From assembly GCF_000485595.1 (NCBI RefSeq), contig NW_014577086.1:179452-237393 (forward strand): a stretch of DNA of 57,942 nucleotides, read 5' to 3'. Source of the DNA: Priapulus caudatus (taxonomy: Eukaryota). Shown here piece by piece: positions 14,639-28,366 of the stretch. The position numbers were made by a program, and so were the translations under genes. Position 1 is the first letter of the stretch. Each line of letters starts with the position of its first letter. The notes beneath the pieces were generated by a model. That model was given only the letters and a program-made list of their open reading frames with translations. It made no database searches and was not told the origin of the DNA.

Positions 14639-15097
14639 CACGGGCACATGCGTTTCAATAAAATATCATGCTAAATAAATACGAAATCTATTTACCACTG
14701 ACACATATATACTCTATATATATATATATATATAATATATATGTGTGTGTGTGTGCGTGTGTGTGTGTGTGTCGATCAGTGTGCGGCAGCGTGCGCGCGG
14801 TGTACATGTGTGTTGCAGAGGAGCATTTGCACGGCATTTAGAGAAAATTGTCGGCAATAATAGGCGAAAGAGNNNNNNNNNNTATATATAATATATATAT
14901 ATGTGTGTGTGTGCGTGTGTGTGTGTGTCGATCAGTGTGCGGCAGCGTGCGCGCGGTGTACATGTGTGTTGCAGAGGAGCATTTGCACGGCATTTAGAGA
15001 AAATTGTCGGCAATAATAGGCGAAAGAGAGTAGAGTAGTAAATAGATTTCGTATTTATTTAGCATTATATTTTATTGAAACGCTCCAAGTGCCTGTG
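14639..15097. mobile_element. Fold-back MITE family A copy, containing an N gap with a duplicated flank
   Basis: cacgggcac...gcgtttcaataaaa to tttattgaaacgctccaagtgcctgtg. Confidence 0.75.
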
Positions 15098-15323
15098 GGC
15101 ACGGAGACACATTGTGCATATCTATGTTGAAACTGAACAGTGTCTCTCGCATGACATGCTCATTATACGGGCATTGTCGACAAACATTCCAATTCACAAT
15201 TGCACGCTGTGATTGCTTGGCTTCCCTCGGCCTTCGTAAAGCCAGCATTCATTCACGCGCATGCTCGCGACATTCCTGCCTTTGTCTGAGAGCAAAGCAG
15301 CGCGGTTGATTGGTCAGTCCGAG

Positions 15324-15759
15324 CACAGGCACTTGGAGCGTTTCAATAAAATATAATGCTAAATAAAAACGAAATCTATTTACTACCCAATCTGTTTCTC
15401 TACTCTCTTTCACCTATTATTGCCGACAATTTCCTGTAAATGCCGTCCAAATGCTCATCTGCAAACACACGCTGGCCGCCGCACGCTAGCTTCTGCACAC
15501 TGACACATAAATATATATATATCAGGAGTAGATAATAGTAGGATCTACTCCTGATATATATATATATATTTATGTGTCAGTGTGCCGCGGCAGCCAGCGT
15601 TTGTTGCACTTGCAGATGCATGAGCATTTGGACGGCATTTACAGGAAATTATCGGCAATAATAGGTGAAAGAGAGTATAGAAACATTAAGACTTTGGTAG
15701 TAAATAGATTCCGTATTTATTTAGCATTGTATTTTATTGAAACGCTCCAAGTGCCTGTG
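15324..15759. mobile_element. Fold-back MITE family A, best-preserved copy, 8-bp TSD; carries a TIR stub at 15523-15553 in its central (TA)n
   Basis: cacaggcacttggagcgtttcaataaaa / ttttattgaaacgctccaagtgcctgtg; flanks agtccgag / agtccggg. Confidence 0.85.
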
Positions 15760-16518
15760 AGTCCGGGGATCGCAATAATAACGAACGGCAGAAGGCAATT
15801 AAATCAGGAAGTGCATAAACGAGACCCATGACTACTAAAAGACATTAGTCCGATACATATTTAGCAAAGAGTCTAGACATATCAGGTGTGCACGTAGATT
15901 GGGATCCTATATATATATATAGCCGACTTTTAAGCTATGGTAATCTTCCGAGCCTCTTAAGGTTCAATCACTTCCGCGTGTTTCCTGTTCTCTGTTTTTC
16001 TTGCTTATAATTCGCACAGTTTTGCTGGCTACCGAGCGTTACATGCTGTCTCGCATCGGCCCATGGACGCAATGCAGCAATCAGTAACTTTGACATTTTA
16101 AATAAATATCGCTGCCGCGTTCACAATAATGGCACTAATGACATAGTATGTGATGGTATTTGAATAGAACTTGAACGTATTGATTTTCCGGGAGAGGGGG
16201 GGGGGTCTTAAAGGGAGAGGCATGGATGATAGGAACGGGAGAAGTGTGAGATGGATATTCATATTCAATCAGACAGAGGTCGTCTAAGAAGACAAGCACG
16301 CAATCGGACTTTAAAAATGACTGAAAATCTCTTTCACAAACCTTCAAATGTTAATGCCTTTCCACGTAGTTTACCCAACAACTCCCTGCCCTAGCATTGG
16401 TCACCTGCCATAGAAGAGAACCTACGCGACCTACCAGACGGCATCTGGTACAGCAGATTCAGCTTGGTCCAATAGAAAATACTTGCACCATTATGAAGCA
16501 CTAGCTTTATCATCTCAT

Positions 16519-16564
16519 CAAGAGCGTATTAAGAAAGCGTATTAACCTTCTTAATACGCTCTTG
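16519..16564. mobile_element. TIR-only stub, CAAGAGCGTATTAAGAA family
   Basis: caagagcgtattaagaa-agcgtattaacc-ttcttaatacgctcttg; atctcat on both flanks. Confidence 0.85.
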
Positions 16565-17276
16565 ATCTCATCCAGGTGTCTGTTCCCGAAAACCTATGTG
16601 GCACACTAGCCTGCTGCTACTCAAGTCATTGCTCAAGTCATTGTCATTGTCATATTTGTCATTTGTCATTTGTTATTGTCATTGCTCAAGTCATTCTGAG
16701 ACCATGCCCCTGCAGCTGAGGTAAGTGACAACTCCCGGCGTAGCGCCACTATGCGCTAACACCGAACAGAAGAACAGCGGCAGAATAAAAATTGTGCCAT
16801 GAAGACATCAAGTGCATATAAGCTTGCTGACACTGCTGAGACTTGCTATGATTATTATCATTAATAATAGCATTGATTGGTATTATTATCATGACATCCA
16901 AAATATGGAAATATAACTATAAGCGCCCTTTTTGTTATTACTATATTATACGTCTCAGTGTGTATACTAAAATACAGCGCGATTGCAAGAATACCTATGA
17001 GACATTGCGCGTGTGCAGGAAAGACCTAGTTACAGTAAAACACAGTAGTACAGTAGAAGCTTCATCAATCAGTAAAGTGCTACAGGCTATGAGCATAGCA
17101 ATTAGTTCGAGCAACGGCAGTTATAGCAGGGTGGTAGAAAAAACATGACATTCGAAGCTTGCTAAAGCCAAACGCTATTAATGTCTGCAATTTAATGGGT
17201 GTAACCTTATCGCCCTCCATCGGCAACCCATATAAAAATAGCATGTGAACATAATATCAGGATGTGGTTTCAAGTA

Positions 17277-18982
17277 CAGTAAAAACCGGCGTATAAGAAC
17301 CTAGATTTTAAGAACCTGTTAGGCTAAAATTTCCCATTTAGACCCCTTTACATAAAAACCTGTTTTAGGCTAAGATTTTAAAGTAGGTTCTTAATTTTCC
17401 ATGCAGATGAAGACTTAACAAGAAACACAAGTAAAATAAAAAAGATGAGCTTAACAATATCGATGAATGTGCCAGCACCCTGGCATTGTTATTGAGACAC
17501 AGTACTGTATTATTTACATATATCTGCAAATGTAAAATCTTATCAAACAAGGATACAAGCTTCTCTTCAGTGAAACATAGTTCTTGTCAGCAAATGAGAA
17601 ATACGCAGATGTATTGTTTCCACATTACAGTACAGTATGTCCATTCATAATCCAATAGACCAGCAGATGTATTGTTTTGTTGAATAAAAACAATCACAGA
17701 GCTGTGTTGAATGCTGATTAGCACTTTCTAATGTCACTAATACTGAGTTCTTCAGCAAATTCTTTGGTTTGAAGTTTCCTTGTGAACCTCTTCAAGTAAC
17801 CCCTATCTCCAACCAACCTATAGTCAACAGGGATCTCAAGGCCCTTCCCTTGGCCAGCACTGTAGCGATTTATTAAATTTGGTAGACTTGTATACATTTT
17901 GCTCTTGGCTGTATCTATAGCTTTTTGGCACGCATCTTTTTGCATGTTGTTTTGTTTCCTTGGATACATACTGTATCATACATTATGGTAAGCACTGAAA
18001 AACTTGCACTGTAGCCCATCATGGGTATTAATTAGCAAAAATTGCAGTCCGTGTAAGAAAATTTTAACACAATTTGAATCAAGTATAAGCTTATACATAT
18101 TAAAAGTAGAAACAAGAACCTATTTAAGAACCTTTTGAGCCTAATTTTTCAGTAAGCACCATTTAAATTATATAAGAACCTATTGAGGCTAACTTGGAAT
18201 GAAAGTGTCAATGACACTGTAGCTCACCACAAAAAAAGGACACAAATGAGTGAGTAAGAAGAAGTCAGTTTTAATTGAGCAACCATCGACGTACATTATA
18301 GAAACGATTGCCATCTGTACATATTCGCCAATAACTATTTTATAAACAAAAATGAAATCACAATTTGTGACCGTAGATGGCGCTATACCGCTTTGTAGCG
18401 ATGGCGTTTGAAATAAATAGGTTTATGCTGCGTTCCGACATGTTTTGTAAAACTTTACTCTAATATAGACGTTTTATCGGCAGGGTGGAGAGGAAATACC
18501 ATTTTGCATTAAAGATATTGTCAATGAAATCTTGTAAAACGAACCAGACGAGTGTGACACTACAGACTGTTTGTGTCTATATTATTGCTATATTGATTGC
18601 CAAACCCTAGCTAATTTGCATAATTCTTTTTTAAATATCAAAACCCTAGCCCTTATTCATTCTCATTCACATACCAAAAATTAGCAAAATCGTGAACCTG
18701 AACTGACTAATGGCAATTCCATTTTTGCCAAAAATTGCCGTGGCTCGAAGTACGTCGACTGGGCGTGCTCCAATATAGCGACGTTTAATATGGGAGCATA
18801 GCAGTAACAACTATACCCAATTTCAAACATGTGGGCCAAACGGTTCCTGAGTCATCGTTGACCGTAGCGAAATGTTGACGGACGGACGGACGGACGACAG
18901 ACGACGACCCATGGCAATAGCTCAGCTTGACGATGTCAAGGTGAGCTAAAAATCTAGGTTCTTTTTACGCGGGTTTTTACTG
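17277..18982. mobile_element. Tc1/mariner-pogo-like non-autonomous element (CAGTA termini, TA TSD)
   Basis: ta|cagtaaaaaccggcgtataagaacctaga ... tctaggttctttttacgcgggtttttactg|ta; repeated aagaacct subterminal motifs. Confidence 0.75.
18200..18952 (-). mobile_element. Helentron-associated (HINE/DINE-1-like) element nested in 17277-18982
   Basis: On - strand starts ttttagctcacc, then a short inverted repeat and a (GTCC)n microsatellite; partner sub-TIR tagctcacc at ~18221 next to terminal hairpin agtgtcaatgacact. Confidence 0.7.
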
Positions 18983-19224
18983 TATAGTACGAACGCAGTC
19001 CCCGCACTACTATGTGCTGCGCAGAAAAACACAGCCTAGGTGGTAATCCGACATATGTTTAATAACATGTTCGAATCCTGCTCACCTGACGCTACACTAG
19101 TTGTTTTTTTCAACGACTGATCGAGTGACAATTAGAAGCTACCTGTAGTACACTCCGTAACAGATCCGAGGTGCCCTTCTCTCCTGGAGATTACCAGGGC
19201 TCTCCACGCTTCACAGTGTATTTT

Positions 19225-19430
19225 TACGGTGTATATATATACGGTGTATACACGGTGTATACACGGTGTATATATCAAGGTGTATGCACGGTGTATACAC
19301 ACGGTCACCGGGTGTATACATCACGGTGTATACACACGGTGTATATTAGCCCGGCCAGGCTGTGCGACCGATTGTGACACGGTGTATACTGTATACACGG
19401 TATATACACGGTGTATATATCACGGTGTAT
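19225..19430. repeat. (acacggtgtat)-type minisatellite
   Basis: Directly visible. Confidence 0.9.
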
Positions 19431-19560
19431 TTTACGCTTACCTCGCGACGCTCACGCCATTAGGATGTATGCATTCGCGCATTGCCGCCATTGTAGTCAC
19501 CGCCAGCTTGTTCCTCGATTCGCTTTTATTGCGCCACGCTATGACACGTCAATAAATCGG

Positions 19561-19708
19561 GGGGCCGTCGTCACAAACATCGTAAAGTTAATGTTATTGG
19601 TAATGCTAAGATAGCACTTACGACTAAAGTTTTACTACGACTACGACTACGAGTCAAAGTAGTGTTAAGACTAATTTTAAGACTAATTTTGTTTCTGGCA
19701 ACGCGCCC
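19561..19708. mobile_element. PIF/Harbinger-like MITE related to 53045-53255
   Basis: ggggccgtcgtcacaaac / gtttctggcaacgcgccc; shares aagactaattttgtttctg with the 53 kb copy. Confidence 0.65.
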
Positions 19709-20096
19709 CAGGTGTTGTGGTTACGTCTGTTGTCACCCCCCTTTGGGCGTAGCGGCGTAGACTACTCTACTCCGCTAAATACTCCTGGCAATGCGGGACA
19801 AGTGACTTCATTCAGTCTACAATCACACGTGAGATGGTAGAGCCTAGAGATATAAATAATATTAAAGGTTAGGTGAGAAGCTGTCAGATAGACACGAGGT
19901 CATTTTGCATCTGCATTCCTTTACTCCAGCCGCTTATAGTCGAAATCTCGTTTTTGCGACAACTTTCTACAATATTTTACTGGCCACTGAATTATACATT
20001 TCGTAGTTGTTGTGAAAACAGACACTTTGCTCAGTTGGAAACTAATTATTTTGATTCTAGTTTTCGTCAGACTATGTTAACTATTCTGAAGTACCG

Positions 20097-20154
<58 letters not shown>

Positions 20155-20654
20155 ATACTGCACGCACGTATATATACACGGGATAAACAACCTTTATGTT
20201 ATATATATATAATTTAAATGATGTCGGGGCATGCGGTACAGTGCGTGTATCGGGACGGTCGGTTGGCACATTTACAGGCCATCAAGTTTCCGCACATATC
20301 ATTTCTTGTCACTTGTCCGCTATTCCTCGCGCTAACTGCTTATTCCCAACGTGATGGTTATTTCTATGCGAGCTTTTTTCATCGTCAGTCGTTACTTGTT
20401 CTTTTCAATATTTTGTCTGCAGTATACATCCACATACAGCAATGCAGAGCGCACAATTCGACATGTTCCAGAACAAGGGCAATAATTCGTCTCTCTTGAG
20501 CTTCTCCGTGCTACCTTTCTTCTGCACACTTTAGTTTACAAGCACCCGCAAGCATCCTGACGATCTTCTGACGTCACGCCCGTTCGCGTACGTTGCTTTC
20601 TTCCCACCCAACCAACCCAACACCGGCATCCTCCTCTAGACTACTCTATGTAAT

Positions 20655-20912
20655 CAAGAGCTAATAATAAGGTATTATTAGCTCTTGATGTAATCATAGA
20701 TAGTAGAAGGAGACTCCCTCTACTAACTATGATGTAGTCAAGGGGTGAGACTAGGATAGCTAGCAGTGACCTGAACAGAGTGCAGCAGCATAATTTTGAT
20801 ATAACTCGTGTGAATACCATGGGTGGCGCTCCTGGGCCACCATACTATCAGGAGTAAGATAATATAGGATCCTAATATATAATCCTTAGATTCCTATATT
20901 ATCTTACTCCTG
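20655..20912. mobile_element. Cluster of three TIR-only stubs: 20655-20687, 20695-20731, 20849-20912
   Basis: atgtaat|caagagctaataata-agg-tattattagctcttg|atgtaat|catagatagtaga...tctactaactatg|atgtagt; atactat|caggagtaagataatatagga...tcctatattatcttactcctg|atactat. Confidence 0.85.
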
Positions 20913-23316
20913 ATACTATCAGGCTATGGGTATAGCAGCCCTCACCTGCTTCTCTCGATGCAATTTATGCGCGGGCAGTAATTTAGAGGCCAGACAACCA
21001 GTCTGAGAGAGCGGAATGTTTAGGTTCTATATCGCGGGGAAAAAAGCAGGTCAGGAGAGTTCGCATCTACTATACTGAGACTTGGGGCAAGCGAAATCCG
21101 AGCATCGTGTTGCTTTAGGTGCCAGCCGAAGAGCTGTGCCGTGGTTCGATCTGCTGTCGGCCTGCCCGTCTGCAGCGCGAACACTATAGCTGCTGGCAGC
21201 AGAGATCATAGACGTCCGGCTGTCAGTTATTGCATCGTCGGCTGCTTATCACGGAACATCAAATTCGTGGGAACCGCAGCTTATACATGTAGTAGCCCAT
21301 TTTGTTAGAGGTTAATGGGCTCTTGATATAGAGACACGCATACATAAGCGGACGCTGAGCGAACGGACTGTACTTCACACGAACACTTTACATGACTTTA
21401 CACACAACTCAATCTCCTGGCTCACAAAACCAATCATTTGGACTGTTAACCCCTAAATAATCAATTGCGTGATACTGCATGAGAGTAATTCGCACACGTG
21501 ATTTAGGCCACGAATACAGAATCACTACCGAAGCCGCATTGATAAATGGCATCACTTATAATGACAGATCTGATGCGTGCTATTACACTATTATCGCTTC
21601 TGAGCAATATCGACCAATATGCGCATTTCTCATACATCGCCCCCAAAGCTGAAAGCTCTAATTCTCACACAGTGTCTCCTGATAAAACACTATTCTCAGC
21701 CAAATACAAATTACAGCCATGTGATAAAATCTACGCGCTCAACATCTTCGCGTGTACGATGGCATGCAATATAAACATTCTAGACACCAGATGCCTGGAG
21801 GCTTTAATGAGACTAGCGATAGTAATGTGATTACGTAAAATATTTACATATCGTGAAAACAATAACAGTACGTGTGTATTCTGCTAGTCAGTAACGGAAT
21901 AATCAGGGCAAGAAAAGCAATTAAAAAAAGATTACATGAAACGAGATTTAGGAAACTTGCTCGGATAATTTATGCGAAACATAAAAGATGACATCTTAGT
22001 AATAATGGCTAATGGCTATACAGTTATAACGCCGTGAATGTTTTTTTAGAAACTTATTGCACTACTTAGAATTTTCTATTCCAAACCCACAAAAGAATTT
22101 ATTAGAAGACTATTCCATCCCCCCCCCCCAAAGAAGCGAAATTTCTATTCCAAACCCACATCACATTAAACATAACAGCTACCGGTGTGCGTTCTAAATA
22201 ACCCCATTAAAAGGCAGCAGATTGGGAGCAATCGTTTAATTTAACATAACCCCAACGCTCATTACTCTATTTTATGGTACTTTATAACTTTACCCATAGT
22301 AGTTAGACGTGTACTGGTAGCTGGTTCAACGATCATGTAGATTCGTGTTACCTATATAACCAAGCGCCCATAAACTCTAAATTTTATGCCAGTTTATAAC
22401 TTGTGTGCAATTGACATTACGCACAAGCTGCTACAAATTATGTAGGGCTGTTTCATGAAGCGCATGATGAGGACCACAAGTCGGTACCGTAGGTAGTATC
22501 AAGAGTACATGCATAATGGTAGTATTCAGCGTACAATCTAAACACTTGACGTACGACTGACTACACACGGGGTACGGCATCCTTTTAAACTCCAGGTTCC
22601 AGGATCCAGGTTCCATGTTAGGTTAGGGGTTTGCATCCCTAAAAAAGACACCTTCCGCACCGTAGTTTAAAAAAACCTTCGTGAAAAGGTGCACGTACGT
22701 TTTATTCTTTGTTAGAAGGTACTTGGCTTGCATATACACATCCCGGTGAGAAACCCCAAACACGGAAGTCATATCTAGGTCGTTCTGCGTTTGTAACGGG
22801 GAGCGCGTTGTATGCAAGGCGAGTATACGTAACAGTAAACGAGGATACATTTGTTACCTTTCAGATACAGTTATTACGTAGCCTTTGGCTTCGATTGGGG
22901 CATTTTCTACATGATTTTACATTTCTATTTGAGCGTTTTCTGAGGAGTCTTGCATTACAATACTTTCGCGCTTCATTTGCAAACGATACGTGTATATAAA
23001 AGTGCAAGTAGGAGAGTACACGCATGCACACGCAGGCTTGAACACGTACCTACATACTGCTGCGCTCAGTGATTAAACGTATTCATACAGTCACACACAC
23101 ACACCCATATACCCCCACGGGCATGCACGTTACACTGCACTCGATCACGCACGCCACTTACTCACATGAAACCAAATTCACCCACCATGTAACAAGACGT
23201 GTGTTACAGGCCATCAAACACGCGCGCACACACGCACGCGTGCACATAAGGTGTTGGTAAACTCAGTCACACTCGGTGTGGTACGATCACACACACATAC
23301 GGACGCCTGCCCGTAC

Positions 23317-23521
23317 CATAGGCACTAGGGACGTTTCAATAACAAAATTAAGGTAAATAAACACGAGATGTATTTACTACCAAATTCTTAATGTTTCTCT
23401 ACTCTCTTTCGCCTATTATTGGTAATAACTTTCTGTAAATGCCGTTCAAATTCTCCTCTGCAACACACACGATCGAACGCCGTGCCATCATTTTATTATT
23501 GAAACGCTCCAAGTGCCTGTA
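23317..23521. mobile_element. Internally deleted fold-back MITE family A copy
   Basis: cataggcactagggacgtttcaataa ... ttattgaaacgctccaagtgcctgt. Confidence 0.7.
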
Positions 23522-24136
23522 ACCCATGAGCACACGCAGGCTCACTCACACGCACACACAGTTACATACCTGATATGATTGAATTCTTGAAATTCGCTGC
23601 TGCTATATGCACGCACATGCACACAGAAATAACCTTCAGTAACACAGTTTCGCTAAAACCGACTCGGCCAGGCTTGTATTTTTCCTGACCCATATACGTG
23701 TGCACAAATATAAAATAGAAATTCTAGCCCGAGGCAGATGAGTTTTTACCCTGTCATTATTTGTTAATAGATGCCCCAAGCCATTCAACTTCCGTTTCTC
23801 GCTCTTTGCGTATGCAGCCGCCGTCTGCGAATGCACGCCTGGTTTGCAATTTACGCATGCAAATTCATTCTGAAATGCCTGCAATGCAGTGACTGAGAGC
23901 ATTAGCCCTCGTGGCGTACCGCGAAGCAGCAGCTAGAGCTTCTAACAAGCTACCAGCACATGACAGAGACACACGCTAACCTCACACCACCACAGCTGCC
24001 TGCCGCTACATGGGCCTGCCGCAACCTAGCCCACCATACGCACATGTGCACATTCACGAGACGATTACTGCTGCCCTACACACCGCCATCTTTACGGTCT
24101 CAATGGCAGTTCGTTTTTCGTGTATACCAATAATAT

Positions 24137-24180
24137 CAAGAGCTAATAATACCTAAGAATAGAGGTATTATTAGCTCTTG
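24137..24180. mobile_element. TIR-only stub, CAAGAGCTAATAATACCT family
   Basis: 18-bp perfect inverted arms plus 8-nt filler; flanks ataatat / ataatta. Confidence 0.8.
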
Positions 24181-25289
24181 ATAATATTATGCCCTTTTAA
24201 CGGATCTTGACTCAAATCCACGACATATATGTAGCCTCTGGACATCTCCGACCTTGCGCCCCTCTGACATATCCGTACCTGTCACTCGGACAGGCATCTG
24301 GATATTGCCGCGCAAGTAACAGGGGGAAAAAATACTAGTCTAGTTACACTGTTTAGTAACTATACATGTACGGCTTAACTATGTTGGCGATGAGCAAGTT
24401 AAAATCCGTGATTTCGGTGATCAGTGAGGCGCGGTGACAGCTGCGGATTCTCCAGCCCGGGAATTCTCCCGAGGATCTCGCTCGCAACTTCCTGAATTGG
24501 TACGTGTGGCTCCACATCAATCAGCAGATCTAAACTGACACTTGTAGAGTTCTTCGCTTCTCTTTCTAGTTAAATCTGTGCAGTGACGCAATGAGTTTTT
24601 AGGGTAACCACCTAACTTTGAGTAAATATAGGATTTCTTGTAGATAATGGACACGAGTTTTTTTTATTTTCGACGCTTGAAAATGTTTTAAGTGTGTACG
24701 AGTATCCTCCAGAAGGGGGCTCTGCACTAATGGCAACCCTAATGGCCAAAGTCATGGAAAGTGCACTGCGCGAACAAGCCGCGTAACATGATTTAAGCGG
24801 CAGACAAGATCAAAGAAATGGACAGCGCGGGACCCGCGTGGCGGGTTATTACCACTAATGATCACAGGTCACAGTGCATTCAGATGGCTATTATCATTGT
24901 TCTAAGCGGCTGAATGCTACACTCGCTCGACTCTCAGTCGTTGACACACTCAGTGTGCAAAGGAACGATATACGTCGACGCCTACCACTACTGTTTATCA
25001 GGCGAGTCTTACTAGCTTAGCTGGTCTGCTTGTGTCTGTCACCCAAGGAAACATAGAAACGCGTGCATATGTGGATAAAGTAGGGTGAAATATTAGCGGG
25101 GAGGCGAAGCTTGGGACGGTTAAGAATTTACGATGCCGAGAACAAATAGACTTTATGCATGAGTTCGTTTCAAACTCGGTTCGACACGAGTCTGAACATG
25201 GAACCACGAACCCAAGTGCATTCAATCTCGGGTGAAAATCATTTTCCTAACGTGTCTGTAACCCGACAGTCCCCCAGCACCCACAAATT

Positions 25290-25592
<303 letters not shown>

Positions 25593-25773
25593 TTGACATT
25601 CTCCGGCACCACCCGCTACCACCACTCCTTTACACGACAACATTTAACCACTAAAACGTTTATTACTTGAAAAATAGCCTGAGTGACCCTGAAGTGGGTT
25701 AAAAAACGTTTACAGCTTTCAGTTTAAGTATTTACCTATAACCCAATTATATTTGGGGCCACGGTTGAAAATG

Positions 25774-25805
<32 letters not shown>

Positions 25806-27702
25806 ATTTTTTTCTCTCTCCCTCCCTCTATCTCCCTCTCCCGCCCTCTCGCTCTCGCGCGCGCCCGTGCGCGGGCACTCACTCACTTCTCAGATACACC
25901 GCGATAGTGTAAAGATCAAGCCCAACTTTACCGGGCATAAATTTACCACTTCGAGCACAAGACTTTTCTTCCTGTCACCCAGGGATTATGTGAGCCGAAT
26001 AGGGACATGCTGATCGCCCTGCCGACGGCCGTCTCCCTCACACCCATCATCAGCTGATCGGTGCTCCTTATATCAGCAGTAAATAATAACAAACAAACAA
26101 AAAATAAACATGTTATTATTTACTCCGGGGTTATGTCGACACAGCGAAGATTCACGGGGCGATGAAAAGCACGCGTGCGCGGAATTCCCACGTCGCCTGA
26201 GCGTATTGCGAAATGTAATCAACGCACGGCGGCATTCGATCGCGCACACGCATCGAGCTATGCCCGGTGTCATATATATGCTTCTGCGATTTAACGCAAT
26301 CGCTCGACTGAAACCCGTCTCGGTCCGGCTTGACCGTTACTGACAGTTAAGACTTAAGTGTCCAGTTATGTCCGCGCTCGTGACAGTTATGTTCGGCACG
26401 AGAACGACATCAATTTGTGGTCCTCTTCCAATTGCCCTCGTTACTGAATACTGACGCCCGCACTGTGCGCACCTCTGGCTTTCATAGATATACTAGACGG
26501 ACGAAGTTATCGAGCACAGCCAATATCAGAGAGGCTGGGTAACACATTAAAGTTAATGCGGTAAATCATGGGAGTGGCTTCAGATTATTATTATAGCTGA
26601 CAGGGCGATCGCGAGACAGTTTATTTACGGCCTCCATGGCTCGACGTACGCCGTCACCGATCGCCTTATCTTCACCCCTGCAGTCATATAGGAAAATTAG
26701 CAGCACACGTTGAATTTAAGGAATTTAATATAAATAGCCAATTTCTACAGTACAATCGCACATCGTTGTCGAATTAAGCTCTTATGGCCCGTGTATTGGA
26801 ACAAAAACTTCTCAACAAAAGAAACGGATCACTTTCGCTGTTAACACAGAAACTCGATCGCGATAGAAACGTGTGAATTTAGGTCCCCCCCACCCTACCC
26901 CCTATATATGCACACACAAAAGGCCCTACAACACAACGTGTGTGCGTTCCACTTATGGCACTACAAGTCGCCTAAGAACAGTTTGCATACATTAAGTACG
27001 TTACAGTGAGTACTGAGTATAAAAGAACTGTTATACGCGTATTCTATATACGAGTCAACAGTATACTACACTGGTTTTGTACGGTATCAAGGATGCGGGT
27101 GATATTCTCTTACACTTTACAGTATTCTCTACTTACGCCAAAACCAGTACACGTCATATGTTGGGTTAATAGTCGCCTGTGTTATAACATTACCTGTGTT
27201 ATAACATTACCTTACTCATTTCAGAGATTCTCTAAGCCTCTACTTCTAATCTAGGTGATACAGGTAACAGCTCACATAAACATGGCAAGGGCCTAGCACA
27301 GACATGGGAAAAGCTTCACGTGGGCACGACCTAGGCCTCGCGTAGATAAGGGAAGGGTCTCACATAGACATGGCAAGAGCGTCTCGTTAATCAGGCAAGG
27401 ATCTCACGTAGACCTGGGCCATAATAAAAATATTTTTGTTTGCCCTCACCCGACCGACCCGCCAAAAAGGGAACGACTCAAAACAAAGTCAATAGTTATG
27501 TACCGTCCGTTTAAAAAAAATACGGTTGCAATTCAATCTATTCTAATTAAACCCGTTTAAATATTAAATGTCCAGTTTCTGAGTATGAAGTATGAATGAG
27601 AAATACAGAGAATAATACGAACTATGCTAGCAAGACCACATACACCGTTTAAGATGAAAAGCGCATTTTAAATAACAATTGCTTATGTGCTCTTGATACT
27701 AT

Positions 27703-27741
27703 CAGGGGTTAATAATGACAAATTGTCTTCATTAACCCCTG
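27703..27741. mobile_element. TIR-only stub, CAGGGGTTAATAATGA family (second copy at 42684-42723)
   Basis: atactat|caggggttaataatgacaaattgtcttcattaacccctg|atactat. Confidence 0.85.
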
Positions 27742-28366
27742 ATACTATGTATTCCGTATTTGCATTTGAGGGAAATGGTAATGAGAGCTTTCCATTGTGC
27801 CTGTGGTGAGTGACACCATAGATGGTGACACCGTAGCGAATGAGGCATATACCCGCTGGCCGCATATACACCCTTATATCGCATGTTCACATTCTCGGCG
27901 TTTATGGCCCTGTCACACCTTGACGATTTAGCCAGGGTATGCCGACGTATCAAAATTTCTCTAAAACGCTGGCATACGCTGAACTATCGATGTTTTTTTT
28001 CAATTTTGGGCGTATACATAGCTTATTCATAACGAGTTGGACGTATACATAATGTATTAGTAACTTATATAGAACGTTTCGATAATTTATAGATAACTTA
28101 TACCAACGAATGCATAACGCCGGCATTAGCGTGTTGCCGGCGTTCACAACTTATGCCCAACGATAGTCTAACTTATGCATATGATAGCGCGCGGCAGCGT
28201 ATCGCCGACGATCACGTGTCGTAGCCTATAAAAAGGCTGCCGCTCGACGATTCAAATCATAACCGCACTAGACGTACGTCTATGGAAAGCATTTTGTACC
28301 AAAAAGCATAAAACCTAGTTTTAGACCTTAAACCCGGGTTTTAAGAGCTTAAAACCNNNNNNNNNN

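Noticed and set aside
14728..15030. Tandem duplication of ~145 bp
   Set aside because: The copies flank a 10-N gap, so this is most likely an unmerged contig overlap
22855..22966. Possible - strand exon ending AAG|GTAAC
   Set aside because: In-frame stop and no similarity to GALNT2 or any protein I recognise
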